A DNA stretch of 64,000 bases, taken from Acanthaster planci. Taxonomy: Eukaryota. The notes under the pieces were generated by a model. That model made no database searches. It was not told where the DNA came from and was given only the letters and a program-made list of their open reading frames with translations. Each line of letters opens with the position of its first letter. Positions within the stretch are counted from its first letter, which is position 1. The position numbers were made by a program, and so were the translations under genes. The stretch spans positions 3,892,148-3,956,147 of the forward strand of contig NW_019091361.1 of the NCBI RefSeq assembly GCF_001949145.1, written 5' to 3'. Below, piece after piece: positions 39,001 to 50,200 of this stretch.

Positions 39001-39719
39001 AAGGTCGTTGAGCATTAGGTCACTTGACCCCTCATCCTCTCGACGGCTGTTCCATGTCAAGACATATGTAATACACGGACTGAGCATAAGATATTACATG
39101 TACCAATGGGCTCTTCCAACTCTTTGGCAGCAGTTTAGGTATCTTGACATGGAACAGCCATTGAGACGATGAGGGGTCAAGTGACGTAATGCTCAACGAC
39201 CTTATTTTAAAGATGGCGACTGAGAAAGCGAGCCCATTAGATTGAATGGATAGAGGCAAAAAGACTGGAAAATACCTGAATAACGCAAGTGAAATCATTC
39301 AATAAATGGTTTTTAGAAAGCGGAAAGGTCAAGAATCACGTTCGTGTGCAAAAGAAATTGCGCCCACGATGATAAGTGGGTGCACCGGAATGTTCAATAC
39401 GCCGACACGAAAGTGGGTATACGGATGTGTGGCTAAGGATGGATCGGGAGTGAAAGTCCGTGCCACACTAGTGGGGCTGTGCAGGTGACAGGATAAATTT
39501 ACAGTCATGGCAGTCCCCGGCCCCGAGTTCATTGTTACATGTTTAAACTTTTAGCTTGAGACTGAACTCAAACACAGACCATTGACTTTATTGGGTGTTA
39601 ATGTAAGTACCTCGGACAGTGGCTTCACTGATTGGAAACAAACTCTTCACCCATGTTGGTCTCTGTAGCTGCAGCAACGAAGTAAGTGCACGTACACACG
39701 CTCTTCTGTAAAGCGCCAT
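29684..39719 (-). CDS. MRPS27: 28S mitochondrial ribosomal protein S27 (PPR protein, mS27), 9 exons, ~424 aa
   Basis: Exons 39719-39611, 36089-35997, 35074-35001, 33898-33840, 32488-32374, 32048-31848, 31227-31045, 30467-30399, 30055-29684 (1275 nt, phases consistent). Arg-rich transit peptide; GQRTLLTDAY...W, KKPVASVDL, FMDNIS..SAEQYLY, HRHS..TMHSFIR, YGVFPDNFTFNLLLDDYL match recalled MRPS27 motifs. Confidence 0.9.
30399..30467 (-). CDS. MRPS27: MRPS27 exon 8
   Basis: VEGLLAVPEEQPDVEEELRGQLQ; tgcag/gtcagt, phase 0/0. Confidence 0.75.
31045..31227 (-). CDS. MRPS27: MRPS27 exon 7
   Basis: EVMHDLGMTF...SSSYHALGLVMAG...CLVQEV; tgcag/gtaagt. Confidence 0.85.
31848..32048 (-). CDS. MRPS27: MRPS27 exon 6
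   Basis: TNYGVFPDNFTFNLLLDDYLERG... PPR motif. Confidence 0.9.
32374..32488 (-). CDS. MRPS27: MRPS27 exon 5
   Basis: HRHSSVAHHLRASTMHSFIRTCLDLGQADTAVKVLQDK. Confidence 0.88.
33840..33898 (-). CDS. MRPS27: MRPS27 exon 4
   Basis: FMDNISDEHDLKSAEQYLY; tgcag/gtatgt. Confidence 0.85.
34645..35027. repeat. 63-bp tandem repeat (~6 copies) overlapping the 3' end and donor of MRPS27 exon 3
   Basis: CTTATGGAGG recurs at 34685, 34748, 34811, 34874, 34938, 35001. Confidence 0.95.
35001..35074 (-). CDS. MRPS27: MRPS27 exon 3
   Basis: DELKITLDADFFDFKKPVASVDLHK; cacag/gtcagt. Confidence 0.8.
35997..36089 (-). CDS. MRPS27: MRPS27 exon 2
   Basis: GNTVIGQRTLLTDAYKGTSAWRTRKILATNM; atcag/gtaagc. Confidence 0.8.
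38992..39212. repeat. Long inverted repeat / hairpin element in MRPS27 intron 1
   Basis: ~70-bp arms CTTTAAAATAAGGTCGTTGAGCATTA...CATGTCAAGA with reverse complement ending at 39212. Confidence 0.85.
39611..39719 (-). CDS. MRPS27: MRPS27 exon 1 (transit peptide)
   Basis: AACATGGCG start, MALYRRACVRALTSLLQLQRPTW...; G|gtactt donor. Confidence 0.75.
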
Positions 39720-40304
39720 GTTGATTTTGTTTGAAGAACGCCCTCTGGCGTTCACAAGCGTAGAATCACTGTACATTAATTTTACAACAGTTTGTTGATT
39801 CACGCTGAAGTGGCGCGGTCCCAAATGGGGCGCACTTTGCCTCTCTTCCTGGAACCGGAGCAATATTTTACTTTGAATTTCACAATAGGTTAAAATATAC
39901 TGAACTTCCAATATTCTGATGAATAGATTTCGGTTCTTCTTTTATGCTACGAAGTTCCAATAAAATTTTATTTTCACCGATTTTTAATTTTTGCATAACC
40001 TGATAAACTCTTACATGGGTATGTGAGTAGAGGTAATGACGAGTTACTAGAATTTATCACCTTCGTAAATGTTTATGATGAATTATCGGGGATTTTTTCA
40101 AGTTCGCCACAGTGCCCATATCCGAAAACGCTAGCGTGTTTGGATATTGGATGATCTTTCCAGTGACAATGAAAACGTTCAAAAGGGTTCATCACCCATG
40201 TATCTTGTGATGCACAAGGTGTTAGCTGCAGGCTTTTCAGCTATAGCCGCGTCTTATACGACTTCCTTGTTTCCGGTATGCTGGACTGACCAAAAACTCT
40301 TTTA

Positions 40305-40680
40305 AGGGTGCAGTGTCCCAATTCAAGGAAAATTCTCCGCCAGGCCGAGGCGCACAAAAAGTACCCCCATTGTTTCAAAAAGAGGGGTCTGTTTGGGCCA
40401 AGAAATGGTGGGATTGTGTCAATATGGCCCAGGATCATCTCTGTAGATTCAGGGGCACCCATCTGGGGGCAAAGCAGACAAAAATGGGATTTAAAATTAG
40501 TCAGAAGAGCCCGNNNNNNNNNNNNNNNNNNNNNNNNNNNNNNNNNNNCCTGAAGGACCAAACAACACATTGGTTTTTGTTTGAGAGGCCTGGGGGACTT
40601 CAGTTGCCTGCCACGGGGCTCCAAACTTGGTTGATTTTACACTTTTTTCAATGGAGCTTGAATGGGTTCAGTGCACCCTT
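40305..40680. mobile_element. Second, diverged member of the AGGGTGCA MITE family
   Basis: TTAAGGGTGCA...TGCACCCTTAA ends; internal similarity to 53938-54416 (AATTCAAG..AATT..CCGCCAGGC). Confidence 0.7.
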
Positions 40681-41217
40681 AACGTAACCCTGGTGTCAAC
40701 GGCGCGGGGATTGAGATCGACAGATATCACCAAATATGGCCATAACTGGTTTTTTTTTCAATGGGCCAACTTGGCACAGATTTTTTGTAATCCTCACCGA
40801 TCACCCCAGGCATACACCACAATTAAGCCTGTAAACTCCCATTGGCTAGACCCCAACTGCTGCCGAGTTAAAATTCTTGAAATGTCAGTCACCCCAAGGA
40901 GGTCATAATTAATTTGGTCGCTATCAGGAACCGGATCTCTTTGTTGATAGACCTGTGCTGACTGGCGGCTGTTTGGGTTGTGACCTGGTATTACTTATAC
41001 TTCCACAGCAGGATAATAGAATGTAGTGAGAGGGGACCTGAGGGATGCATTATTAGCTACCACAAAACAGTCGTTTAGGTTCAGTCAGGACCGGAAACTG
41101 ATCTGGAGATCACAATCACCTCGTGAGGAAGGGTGTAATTTAGGGGGCGGGGGCTGCTGCTCAGAGGGTACGTTAAAACACCTTCACGGTACACGTCACC
41201 GGCGCATTGCCGTACTA

Positions 41218-42272
41218 CGGCGCTCTGTGAGTGCCATCCGACTTGTTCAGATACCTAGATAATTTATCTTAGTAGGTCGACGTATAAAGCGTATTTAGTC
41301 GATTTAACGAGATAAATAATGTAGTTAAGTCGACTTCCTAACTACAGTAAGTCGACATCGACATCGATGACATCAAGTCTGCTTCCAGAGTTCCCTATAT
41401 CGACTTGGCGCGATAATTTATGTATTTAAGTCGACTTCCTAATTCAACATAAGTCGACTTGTCGAGATAATTTATGTCATCAAATCTAGTACCAGAACTC
41501 GGTATGTCGTCTCGGAGAGATAATTTTTGTTGTCAAGTCTACTTCCGGATTTTGCTTGTGTCAACTTGGCGAAATAAGTTAAATACTCAAGTCAAATTCC
41601 TAATTCTAGTAAGTCGACTTGGCGAGAAAATACGCTGCAGGTCACGTTCACTTGTGAGTAGTCAGTTCATGCCTGCATGTTGTACACTTGATGACATGGA
41701 TTATCTCGCCAAGTCGACTTACTAGAATTATGAAGTCAACTTACAACATAATTTATATCGCCAAATCCACGCAGCGAATATTAAAGGCAGACTTGATGAC
41801 ATAAATTATCTCGCAAGGTCGACTTACTAGAATTAGGAAGTCGAGTCATTGACATAGATTATCTTTTAAAGTTGACCTACCAGAATTAGGGAGTTGGATT
41901 GACTCCAAAAGTTTTCTAACCAAGTCGTCTTCCCACAGTTTGAAGGTCGACTTGACAACATAAATTATCTCGACGAGTTGACGTCGCGAATTCAAAAAGC
42001 AGACTTGATGACATAAGTTATCTGCCAAGTCGTCTCACCAAATAAGGGAGTCGACTTAACTGCATAAATAATCTCGCCAAGTCGACATAGGGAATTCCGA
42101 AAGTAGACTTTATTTCATGAAATATCTCGCCAAGTCGACTTACGAGAATTAGGAAGCCGACTAGACTACATCATTTATCTCGTTAAATCGACTAAATACG
42201 CTTTATAAGTCGACTTAAGAAGAAACATTCTCTAGGTATCTGAACAAGTCGGATGGCACTTCCAGAGCTCCG
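41218..42272. mobile_element. Foldback-type non-autonomous DNA transposon with modular arms, TA-flanked
   Basis: ~125-bp terminal inverted repeats (CGG.GCTCTG..AGTGCCATCCGACTTGTTCAGATACCTAGA...); TA on both sides; internal ~53-bp AAGTCGACTTGGCGAGATAATTTAT units in opposite orientation on the two arms. Confidence 0.85.
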
Positions 42273-45025
42273 TACCCGACGGCACCACAAACCCTCTAAC
42301 ATTTCGCCACCGTGGAAAGCTTTAAATTACAGACCACAGTGCATGCACCTCAGTTATGTCATGCTTTGTTTGCCTGCCAAGATAAGCAAATTTCAGTCGA
42401 TGTTAACCGACACTAATTGCTGAAACTCATCAGTTTGGCAGCGTCCATTGCGATAACTCACCAGGGCTAAGTACAAACGCGCTACTGACATCCACCAGGA
42501 TCATTTACATACACGTAAAAATAAAAGAACTCAATAATGGGGCTTGTATCTATAACGATTTATTATATAAAAATAATATTAATCCTTTTAAAGCAATTTC
42601 CACAACCACTCTTAAGATCCTCGGAGGGAACATAATTGCACATCGGAGCCTACGAAGCACGTACGCCAAAAAAAAAAAACATGAATAACATTTTTGCACC
42701 GTTTCCCCCGCCCAGAACATGTGAAGAATTGCGTTCATGGTTTCTTAATATCGATATCACACATGGGCCCACGTTGATTTTGACATGGTTTGCGGTTAAG
42801 GTTGGCAATTTCAGTGACAAAACTGTTGAATAGAATGGTAAACTGGAACTAAAAATCACAAGTTTCTTCTGACTGAACTAAAGAAAAAAATCATTAAAGT
42901 TAACGCTATTTATTAAAAGACAAGCGAAATTAACGATTAACATAATTTGAAATAAAATACAATTCAACAGACCCTACTGGCTTGAATAAACCTCCCAGTC
43001 AAAAGTTTATGAAGTCATAAAAAGGAAAAGAAATTAAGACAACATGAATGTCTACCGATCAAATCGGGTTTATTTTGTGGCACTTTATCCACAACCATGA
43101 ACTTTAACATGGACATAAGAAATTGCTGAAACCTGCGCATGCCACGTGCAAAAGTTCAGACCTCGTAAGCACGGCTACCGAAAGCCAAGATCTCTTACAT
43201 TGCTGAAGGAGTTAGAATTTCAAATAACACGAGTCACTGGCGGATCCAGGGCGTGAAGGCGCAAACGGGGGGCATGGCACCAAAAAAAGGAACAAAACTT
43301 GTTTTGTTTCGGCAAAACGATGATTTTGGAGAGACTTTGTTTATTTCCCTCCCTTCCTAAAGTGTCTGAACCTCCTCAAACTCAGCCTCATCCCTCAGAA
43401 AAGAAGTAAAAAATTATATGTCGAACTTACGAAAATTTTCCCCCATAACAATTTTGCTCCCTCCCCAAAGTTCTGGACCCGCCCTTGAAAGCGTGCGTGT
43501 GCAGACAACGTTAAAGAGCAGCAACGTTTTCAACACACATTCAGCTCCTACACGTATACCTGTCAGATTACCAGAGCGCGCAACACGATGAATAAAAGAA
43601 CACAGATTGACTCGTCTGTTCCTTGAATCTTTGACAATGCGAATTAACCTGTCACATCATAGTTGAATGTTCAAAAGGATATAAAGAATTAGTTAAATTC
43701 TAGACTGCTATAGGTCACTCTTAGGAAACCTGCTTCCCCAGTATGATTACACAGCAGCACAGAGCTCTGACATAACATTTACTTTTATTTTGGCATTTGC
43801 TCGAGTGATATGTTGTAAGATTTTAAGGGAATTGTTTTACTTTAGTATATTGATGGCCAGTCATGGTTTAGAACCCACTTGTAGGCAAATAAATATGGAT
43901 GTGACGTAAAAAGACTCAGGTCTACATGGATCTATCGCAAAGGCATCCTGGAAAATTTAGATACGGTCTGAATGGTGCTCGTAGCAGAGCTGTTTAATAA
44001 GGAGAGTTGCAACATGAGTGTCTCAACTGTTGGACCAAACAGGTGGATAGTGCCTTAGTGAGCATGGACAATTAGCACACAATACATGTATATAGCTGCA
44101 TGCTGCACTGCTCACATATTTGAGCAGCCATGTTAGTTCCAAACTCTGAAGTTTGTGCTATATCTACAGCTCTGAATGATAATTGATAGGAGAGTCGATT
44201 GAAGAATGATTACATGTTCACTTGAAAAATGAAGAAAGGGGGACAATGAAGGAACCTCTTGATGGCACACAAGGCTCTCGCATTATAAGAAGTCGTTTGA
44301 TTGTTAAAAAATCTGTACAGTTTCAAGAGTTCGTGTTAGAATATAAATGGTACGGTGTTTAAAATGACTTTAAAGAGAATGGCACTTGACACCGTGTCTA
44401 CACTTTCATAGAACACATAACACCGTCATTGAGGAACAAGAATTTAGAAAAGAGACGAAGTTCCCTCAGTTACACGTTTTCCTTATGGCGAAGATACTAC
44501 AAACTAAATATTACATACGGCTTCTGTTGGAAACGATCCGTGGGCATATAATTTATGCAAATTTCAAGGAATAAAATAGATAGACGTTAAGTGGAAACCA
44601 TAAGCTTAATTAACCCTGGGTTGCACTCATTATGGCCTGATTAGAATGTGAATTAAGTACGCCTCCTCACCGAGGAAATCCGTTGCAATTACTCCTTATG
44701 AAACTCAACCGTCCAAGTTACTACAAATAATGTGCAACCTTTTGCGTGGTTACCAAATGGTAAGTTTTGTGGGAAGTTTGCTTACCAGTACCAGCGAGGC
44801 GCTTTTTTCTATGCATAAGATAGTGGGCTTACATGCTGTGATCTTGGGCAAGTCTACTTGCCTCCCATGAATTTGAATGGGCACCTGTGGGGGGCAGAGG
44901 TGGTGGCTGTGTTGATTGGCTGTTGCACTTTACAGGACAGCATTGAGCGATACACTCCTGATCCTCAAGGAGCTAATTAGGTAGTTTTAGAAATGTTTAT
45001 TGGGCCTGTGAAAGGGATAACAATG

Positions 45026-45271
45026 CACTGCAAAAACTGTGGTGTTAAGTTTAACACCCCCCGTGTTATCAGAGGACTAGATGTACACCAACACTTTTCA
45101 CTAGTGTTAAAAAGTTTTTTGTTGGTGTTACTTTTAACACTCTCCAGTGCACTGCAACACTTACAGGTGTGGAAAGTAACACCAGCGGTGTTAAAGTTAA
45201 AGTAGCACCCTGTGGTGTGGTTATCTGATAACACCAAAAAGTGTTGATTTTAATACCACAGTTTTACAGTG
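45026..45271. mobile_element. CACTG-ended MITE (EnSpm/CACTA-like)
   Basis: CACTG.AAAACTGTGGT.TTAA TIRs, TG on both flanks, internal GTGTTA/TAACAC repeats. Confidence 0.7.
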
Positions 45272-45337
45272 TGATGCATATCGCCCTCAGCACCAGTAAT
45301 GGTAGATATGTGCACTTTATTTAAATACCTATCATAA

Positions 45338-45510
45338 TACGGGCGATTCACAATAGCGCGCCACCAAGAGTTTACAACACGTTGGCCAATCATAACGCGC
45401 GAAATTTGTCAGCCCTTTCCAAACGCACATTAGGTTCGACAAATTTCGCGCACTGTGATTGGCCAACGCGTTGCAAACTTTTGGTGGCGCACTATTGTGA
45501 AACGGCCGTA
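45338..45510. mobile_element. Palindromic ~170-bp MITE (same family as 6946-7117)
   Basis: TACGGGCGATTCACAATAG...CTATTGTGAAACGGCCGTA. Confidence 0.8.
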
Positions 45511-46887
45511 TTAAGTAACTCGCCTGTCTGGGGCAAGCCTTCACATTCCAGGTTCAAATTGCACGGTATGCGGATCTGCCACGTTGTCCCAGTCATTCGT
45601 TTGTCGCCCACTGCAACGCCTGAACAGGGCGCTGGGAAGGGCTGATGGCTTTGCACTGTGATTGGCTACTTAGTGCACGACCTCCGACCACGAGGTTATC
45701 ACTTCCTGTTAGCGAAGCGTTATGTAAGTTTTCCATTAGCTAATAGCAGTGCTTTGGCAGAAGCGAAAGTGTCGGCTTGTGTGATAAAAACATGGCCTTG
45801 ATACAATCACCGTAATTTATCTTCTTACTAAGTATCACTGATCACGTGTCTTTTGGCGATATACATGTACATGTAGTTCAATCATTGGTTATCTTGATCA
45901 ATTTACAGAAATTTACCCACAATGCTCCGCGCATCGTTAGCTGTGACCCCGTGTGACGCATATCCTTCATTTAAATCTATGCAAGGCCATGCATCCGCCC
46001 CTCTCAGCGCACTGTTCAGGCGCTGGGCGACAAGCGAATCCCAGTCACTGTATTCAGTGCAATCAGCAACGTCAACGTTTCTAAAAGGGTGCAGGTCTCA
46101 TATTGGCAATCCATGTTGGCACGATTCGCTTTGCAATTTATCATTTGTGTGAGCACTGCGCATGCACTCCAGTATCAATCATTACAGTGTCGTCATAGCT
46201 ACATATTGCGCAGCACGGAATAGACCCACAGCGTGAAACGTGAAAAAAAAACCATGCTACTTGGTGGACTGTCGGTCGGTTCCTACTTCAGAATTTACAC
46301 ATAAGTAAACCAGGTTTCCACTTGTATACAAGGAGGAGAAAGAAGGGCAGCACTTATCGACCCTCCCCCCCCGTTTCGACCTGGTCCCCGCCGTAGAGAT
46401 TACTTTCGTTTGGTGTGTTCTGGGTGAAACTGACAACGGTTCATGATAGCCGTATTCAGAGTTTGAGGGTTGAAATCGTTTTATTCAACTCCGTCGCCGT
46501 TGTGTCCCCGACTTCAGCAGTATGCGTCGTCCTTGTTTCCTCGCCCCTTGAAAACGGTATTTTCAAGGGGCGAGGTGTTTCCATGAAACGGTGTTATCTT
46601 GTGATGCCATAATATAACATAATGGCTTACGTCTGTTTTTCCTCCCAAAGTTTCTTGGGTTCATTGTAGGGTAATGATGTAAAAGATTCGTCTCCACCAA
46701 TAAATCAACGGTAGGATCATCATCCAATGTAACTATGGTCGTGTTTGTCGTTGTGATGGCATTACATTGTTCATTTAAAAGATCCCAAAGGACTGTTTAG
46801 GCAAGAAACTCATTTTTGTGTCACAGTTTTGCACTGTCCTCTGAAGTTGTGAAGCGTGTCGTAGTAGTCGCAATCATGATGAAGCGT

Positions 46888-47216
46888 TCACATGCCGCAG
46901 ACGGGTAGTTCATTCACTCCCAATACGGCACTCATCTCTAAAAATACAGACAGGACCAGGAAGGCCGCATACAGCAAAATGAGCAGAAGTCCAAGCTTCT
47001 TGTTGAGCAGAAAGCCGCTTAGCCGGATCAGGAGCACCATGGCGACGACGTTACCTAGCAACAGCGCCGTGATGTAGACGACGCCTCCACTGTGGATTGC
47101 TACGGATCTTCCAGACTGGACCGCAACGGAGCTCAGGAACCAGGGTAGACCCAGGCCAAGTAAGATATCAAAAAGGTTGCTACCAATGGAGTGCGAGATT
47201 GCCATGTCCCCGTAAC
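46888..47216 (-). CDS. NCKX terminal exon
   Basis: [26 protein letters not shown]...LPVCGM-TGA. Confidence 0.92.
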
Positions 47217-50200
47217 CTGGCGGAGAATACCAGTGAAAATAGCAATGGAAGAAAACGTAGATGCAATCGAGGGGTTGTAGAATAGCAAAACTAAAGTGTG
47301 ACTCAAAGTTGTTCTCTTTTTAGTTGAGCTTTAAATAGTGGCGATAACAGTGACGTAACTTTATGCCGGAAATTGTGTATGGGGTAGGGATATGGAGGAG
47401 GGGTTGGCTTGTCTGGCCAAGAAAATGTGAAGTCGGGATGGAGGGGGTGACACCATAGGCCTCTATACTGAAGTCGATGTTCATGATATTGATGTACATT
47501 TGAATAATGTGTTACGTATTTGGAGAATCTTTCATCAAAATGGCATATCTGTGGCTTTTAAAAATTATTTTCCCGTTTTTGAGTGATACTGAATGCATTT
47601 TAGTCGTTGGGAAGTCCTAAAAATTCTTCACAATCCGCTTTAACCTTTTGCTTAATACAAAAAAGTTGGGGGATGATTTGATTCAATAGCCAATCCCCCA
47701 CCTCAAAAAGTGGGGGGTAAAAATACTCCCACCCCCAGGATTTACACCAGTGGCGGTGGTAACTCAGTTGGAGTTCCACTCGATCCCGCAACAATCAATC
47801 CCTGCTGAAGTAGGAAATCATAGTCAAGCGTCTATACCGCAGCTTCTTCTGTCACCGTTGAGGGATTGTTAGTGCACGCAGCTCACTGGAACCTTCCCCA
47901 AATCTCGACTTCGTCGCGGAATATCAAATTGCCATCATTATGGTTATGCAGCAAGGGACACCCCCACGAAGAAGCAGAGACGTCGGTGGGGAAACACGTC
48001 GCTACCTACCTTCTCTAGCCGCGATAACGCTGAGTATGAGGTCGGGAACGCTGGAGCCTGCTGCAAGGAGCGTTAGTCCCATCACGGTGTCTGGTATTCG
48101 TAAGGCAAAACCTGGGGAAACAATGTACACGTGTTTTCAAGTACTAGTAGCTTATGGGCTCCGTGCTGGACCAAGAGAGGGTGCAATTTTCTTTTCAACG
48201 GAGGCTCCTTTGGTAGTAACTGATCATCGCTGGTTCGCGAACAACTATGAAACGCAAGTGTTGCACTTGCATTGCTACCAATAAAATGAGCACTCCCGAC
48301 CAGGATGTCTCTTTTCAACCGATGAGGGGGTGCTTCCGCACAGAGCGGGAAATACTTAGCCACTTTGTCGCTGCGCAGGATAAATGACTCCCCAGACGAC
48401 CACTAAGCAAACTGCCTAATACTGTGAAGATCTTACATTGTTGGCTTTGACACAGAAATTGTTACAAAATATGTTAAGTCCATGCTCTCTCTTATCTACC
48501 ATGATCGGTTCAGCTTTGTTTTCAAAATGTGAGGGGAAATGATGAGGTGCCGCTGTGATGTGGGCGGAGTGTCAACTGACCGATGACTGTTACCATCCAC
48601 ACCAGCAGGTAGGTCAATCCCCCGATCCAGACGAGGGCAAGTAGGAAGGTGAGCGGGTACCACCGGGCCCACGCCTTCTTGCGGCAGTCGGGGATTGTGA
48701 CGTAGAACAGCAGCAGGGCCGGTAGAGTCAGACACCAGCTGAAGGTCTGGAGGCACCCTTTCGGGACTTCGAAGGGGGATTTTGGATCCTCCTCGTGTTT
48801 GGCGGGAGATTCTTCCTGATCAGGCCTGGCCGTCTCTGTTTTTTCTTCACATGGATGTAGAAACACAAAACAATTTCTAGCTCGATGCGTTTTATGAATA
48901 GAGGCTGTACTAATACTAAGTTTGGATGTGTGGTCTCTGTAGATGATAAAGAAAGCCATACCACTTGGAATTTGAACAAAATGAAGTAAACTGACAATCT
49001 CTGATGTCAGTAGAGGGAATAAATTAATAAATACTTGGGAAATACGGCATTAAAATCACTGGTACAGGTTCTCGATGAAGTTTGTGAGGGAGGGTGATTT
49101 GTTTGGATGGGAGACTTACGGCCGATATAAATAGGGGCCACAAATTATTCACGAACCGGGGGAAGAATCGTGAGACATATAGAACGTCAAACCTTTATCA
49201 ACTCGTCTGATGTTGCCGTTGCCATTGGCTATGTGAAGCACCTCCTCCTCGTCTTCCTCATCTGACTCCTCCCCCTCTTCCATCAGATTGGCCAGCTCCG
49301 TCAGGTTCGCGGCCCCACGCCCCTCACCGCCGGCCCGCCCCGACTCGCCGATCACCAGCCGTCGGCACCGGCACTTGGCCATGTTCCGATCCACGTACCT
49401 CTCGGTGGGTGGGTTGAAGTACATCAGGACGATGTACATGCAATACAGTACCAGCATTGCCGCGGACTCCGCCCTGCGGTAAAGGAAGGGGGAGGTATTT
49501 AAATGATAACACGAGGGTTGCTTTATGTTTTCCGTCCCCGTGGTAATACCGTTTCATTATAAGCTGCGTCCAAATCACTAGACCACGGCTGGAAATATAC
49601 CCAGCAAGAAATANNNNNNNNNNNNNNNNNNNNNNNNNNNNNNNNNNNNNNNNNNNNNNNNNNNNNNNNNNNNNNNNNNNNNNNNNNNNNNNNNNNNNNN
49701 NNNNNNNNNNNNNNNNNNNNNNNNNNNAATGACCAACACAAAGCAGGGGGGGGGGTTCTCTCTGTCTCATACCTTGCCGCATGTGGCTGGAAAACAACAC
49801 GAAGCCGCAAGCTGGTGGCTTAATAGCCACGCGTGTATCAAGCCTGTATAGGCCTATATCATGCATGAAGTCGTACGACCTTGCACATACAAGCACATTC
49901 GCTCAGTACGTAATACCCTATTGAATTGCGCTTTGAGTCACTACACGTAATAACTGAAACGCATACTTAGCTGTATTTCGCCTTAATTCACTCAAACTGT
50001 GGCGTAAATCTGTGTTAGAAATGGGGGAGTGGAAAGGTGGGGGGATGACTCGCCTAGCCATGGAAATTTGAAAAGTAGGCGGGGCAATTGCCAAGCCATA
50101 TACACTATATAGAGGGCGATGTTCATAAAAAAGATGTACATCTGTAATGTGTATCAAATTCATGCAGAATCTTACATCAGAATGGTATATTTATGCATTT

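Noticed and set aside
41218..42272. CRISPR-like regularly spaced GTCGAC repeats
   Set aside because: Units are degenerate along their whole length and inverted about a centre with TIRs, which fits a foldback transposon.
43235..43487. Short GGCGGATCC...GGACCCGCC hAT-like elements (also ~51771-51965)
   Set aside because: Ends are degenerate and no convincing target duplication; not reported as features.
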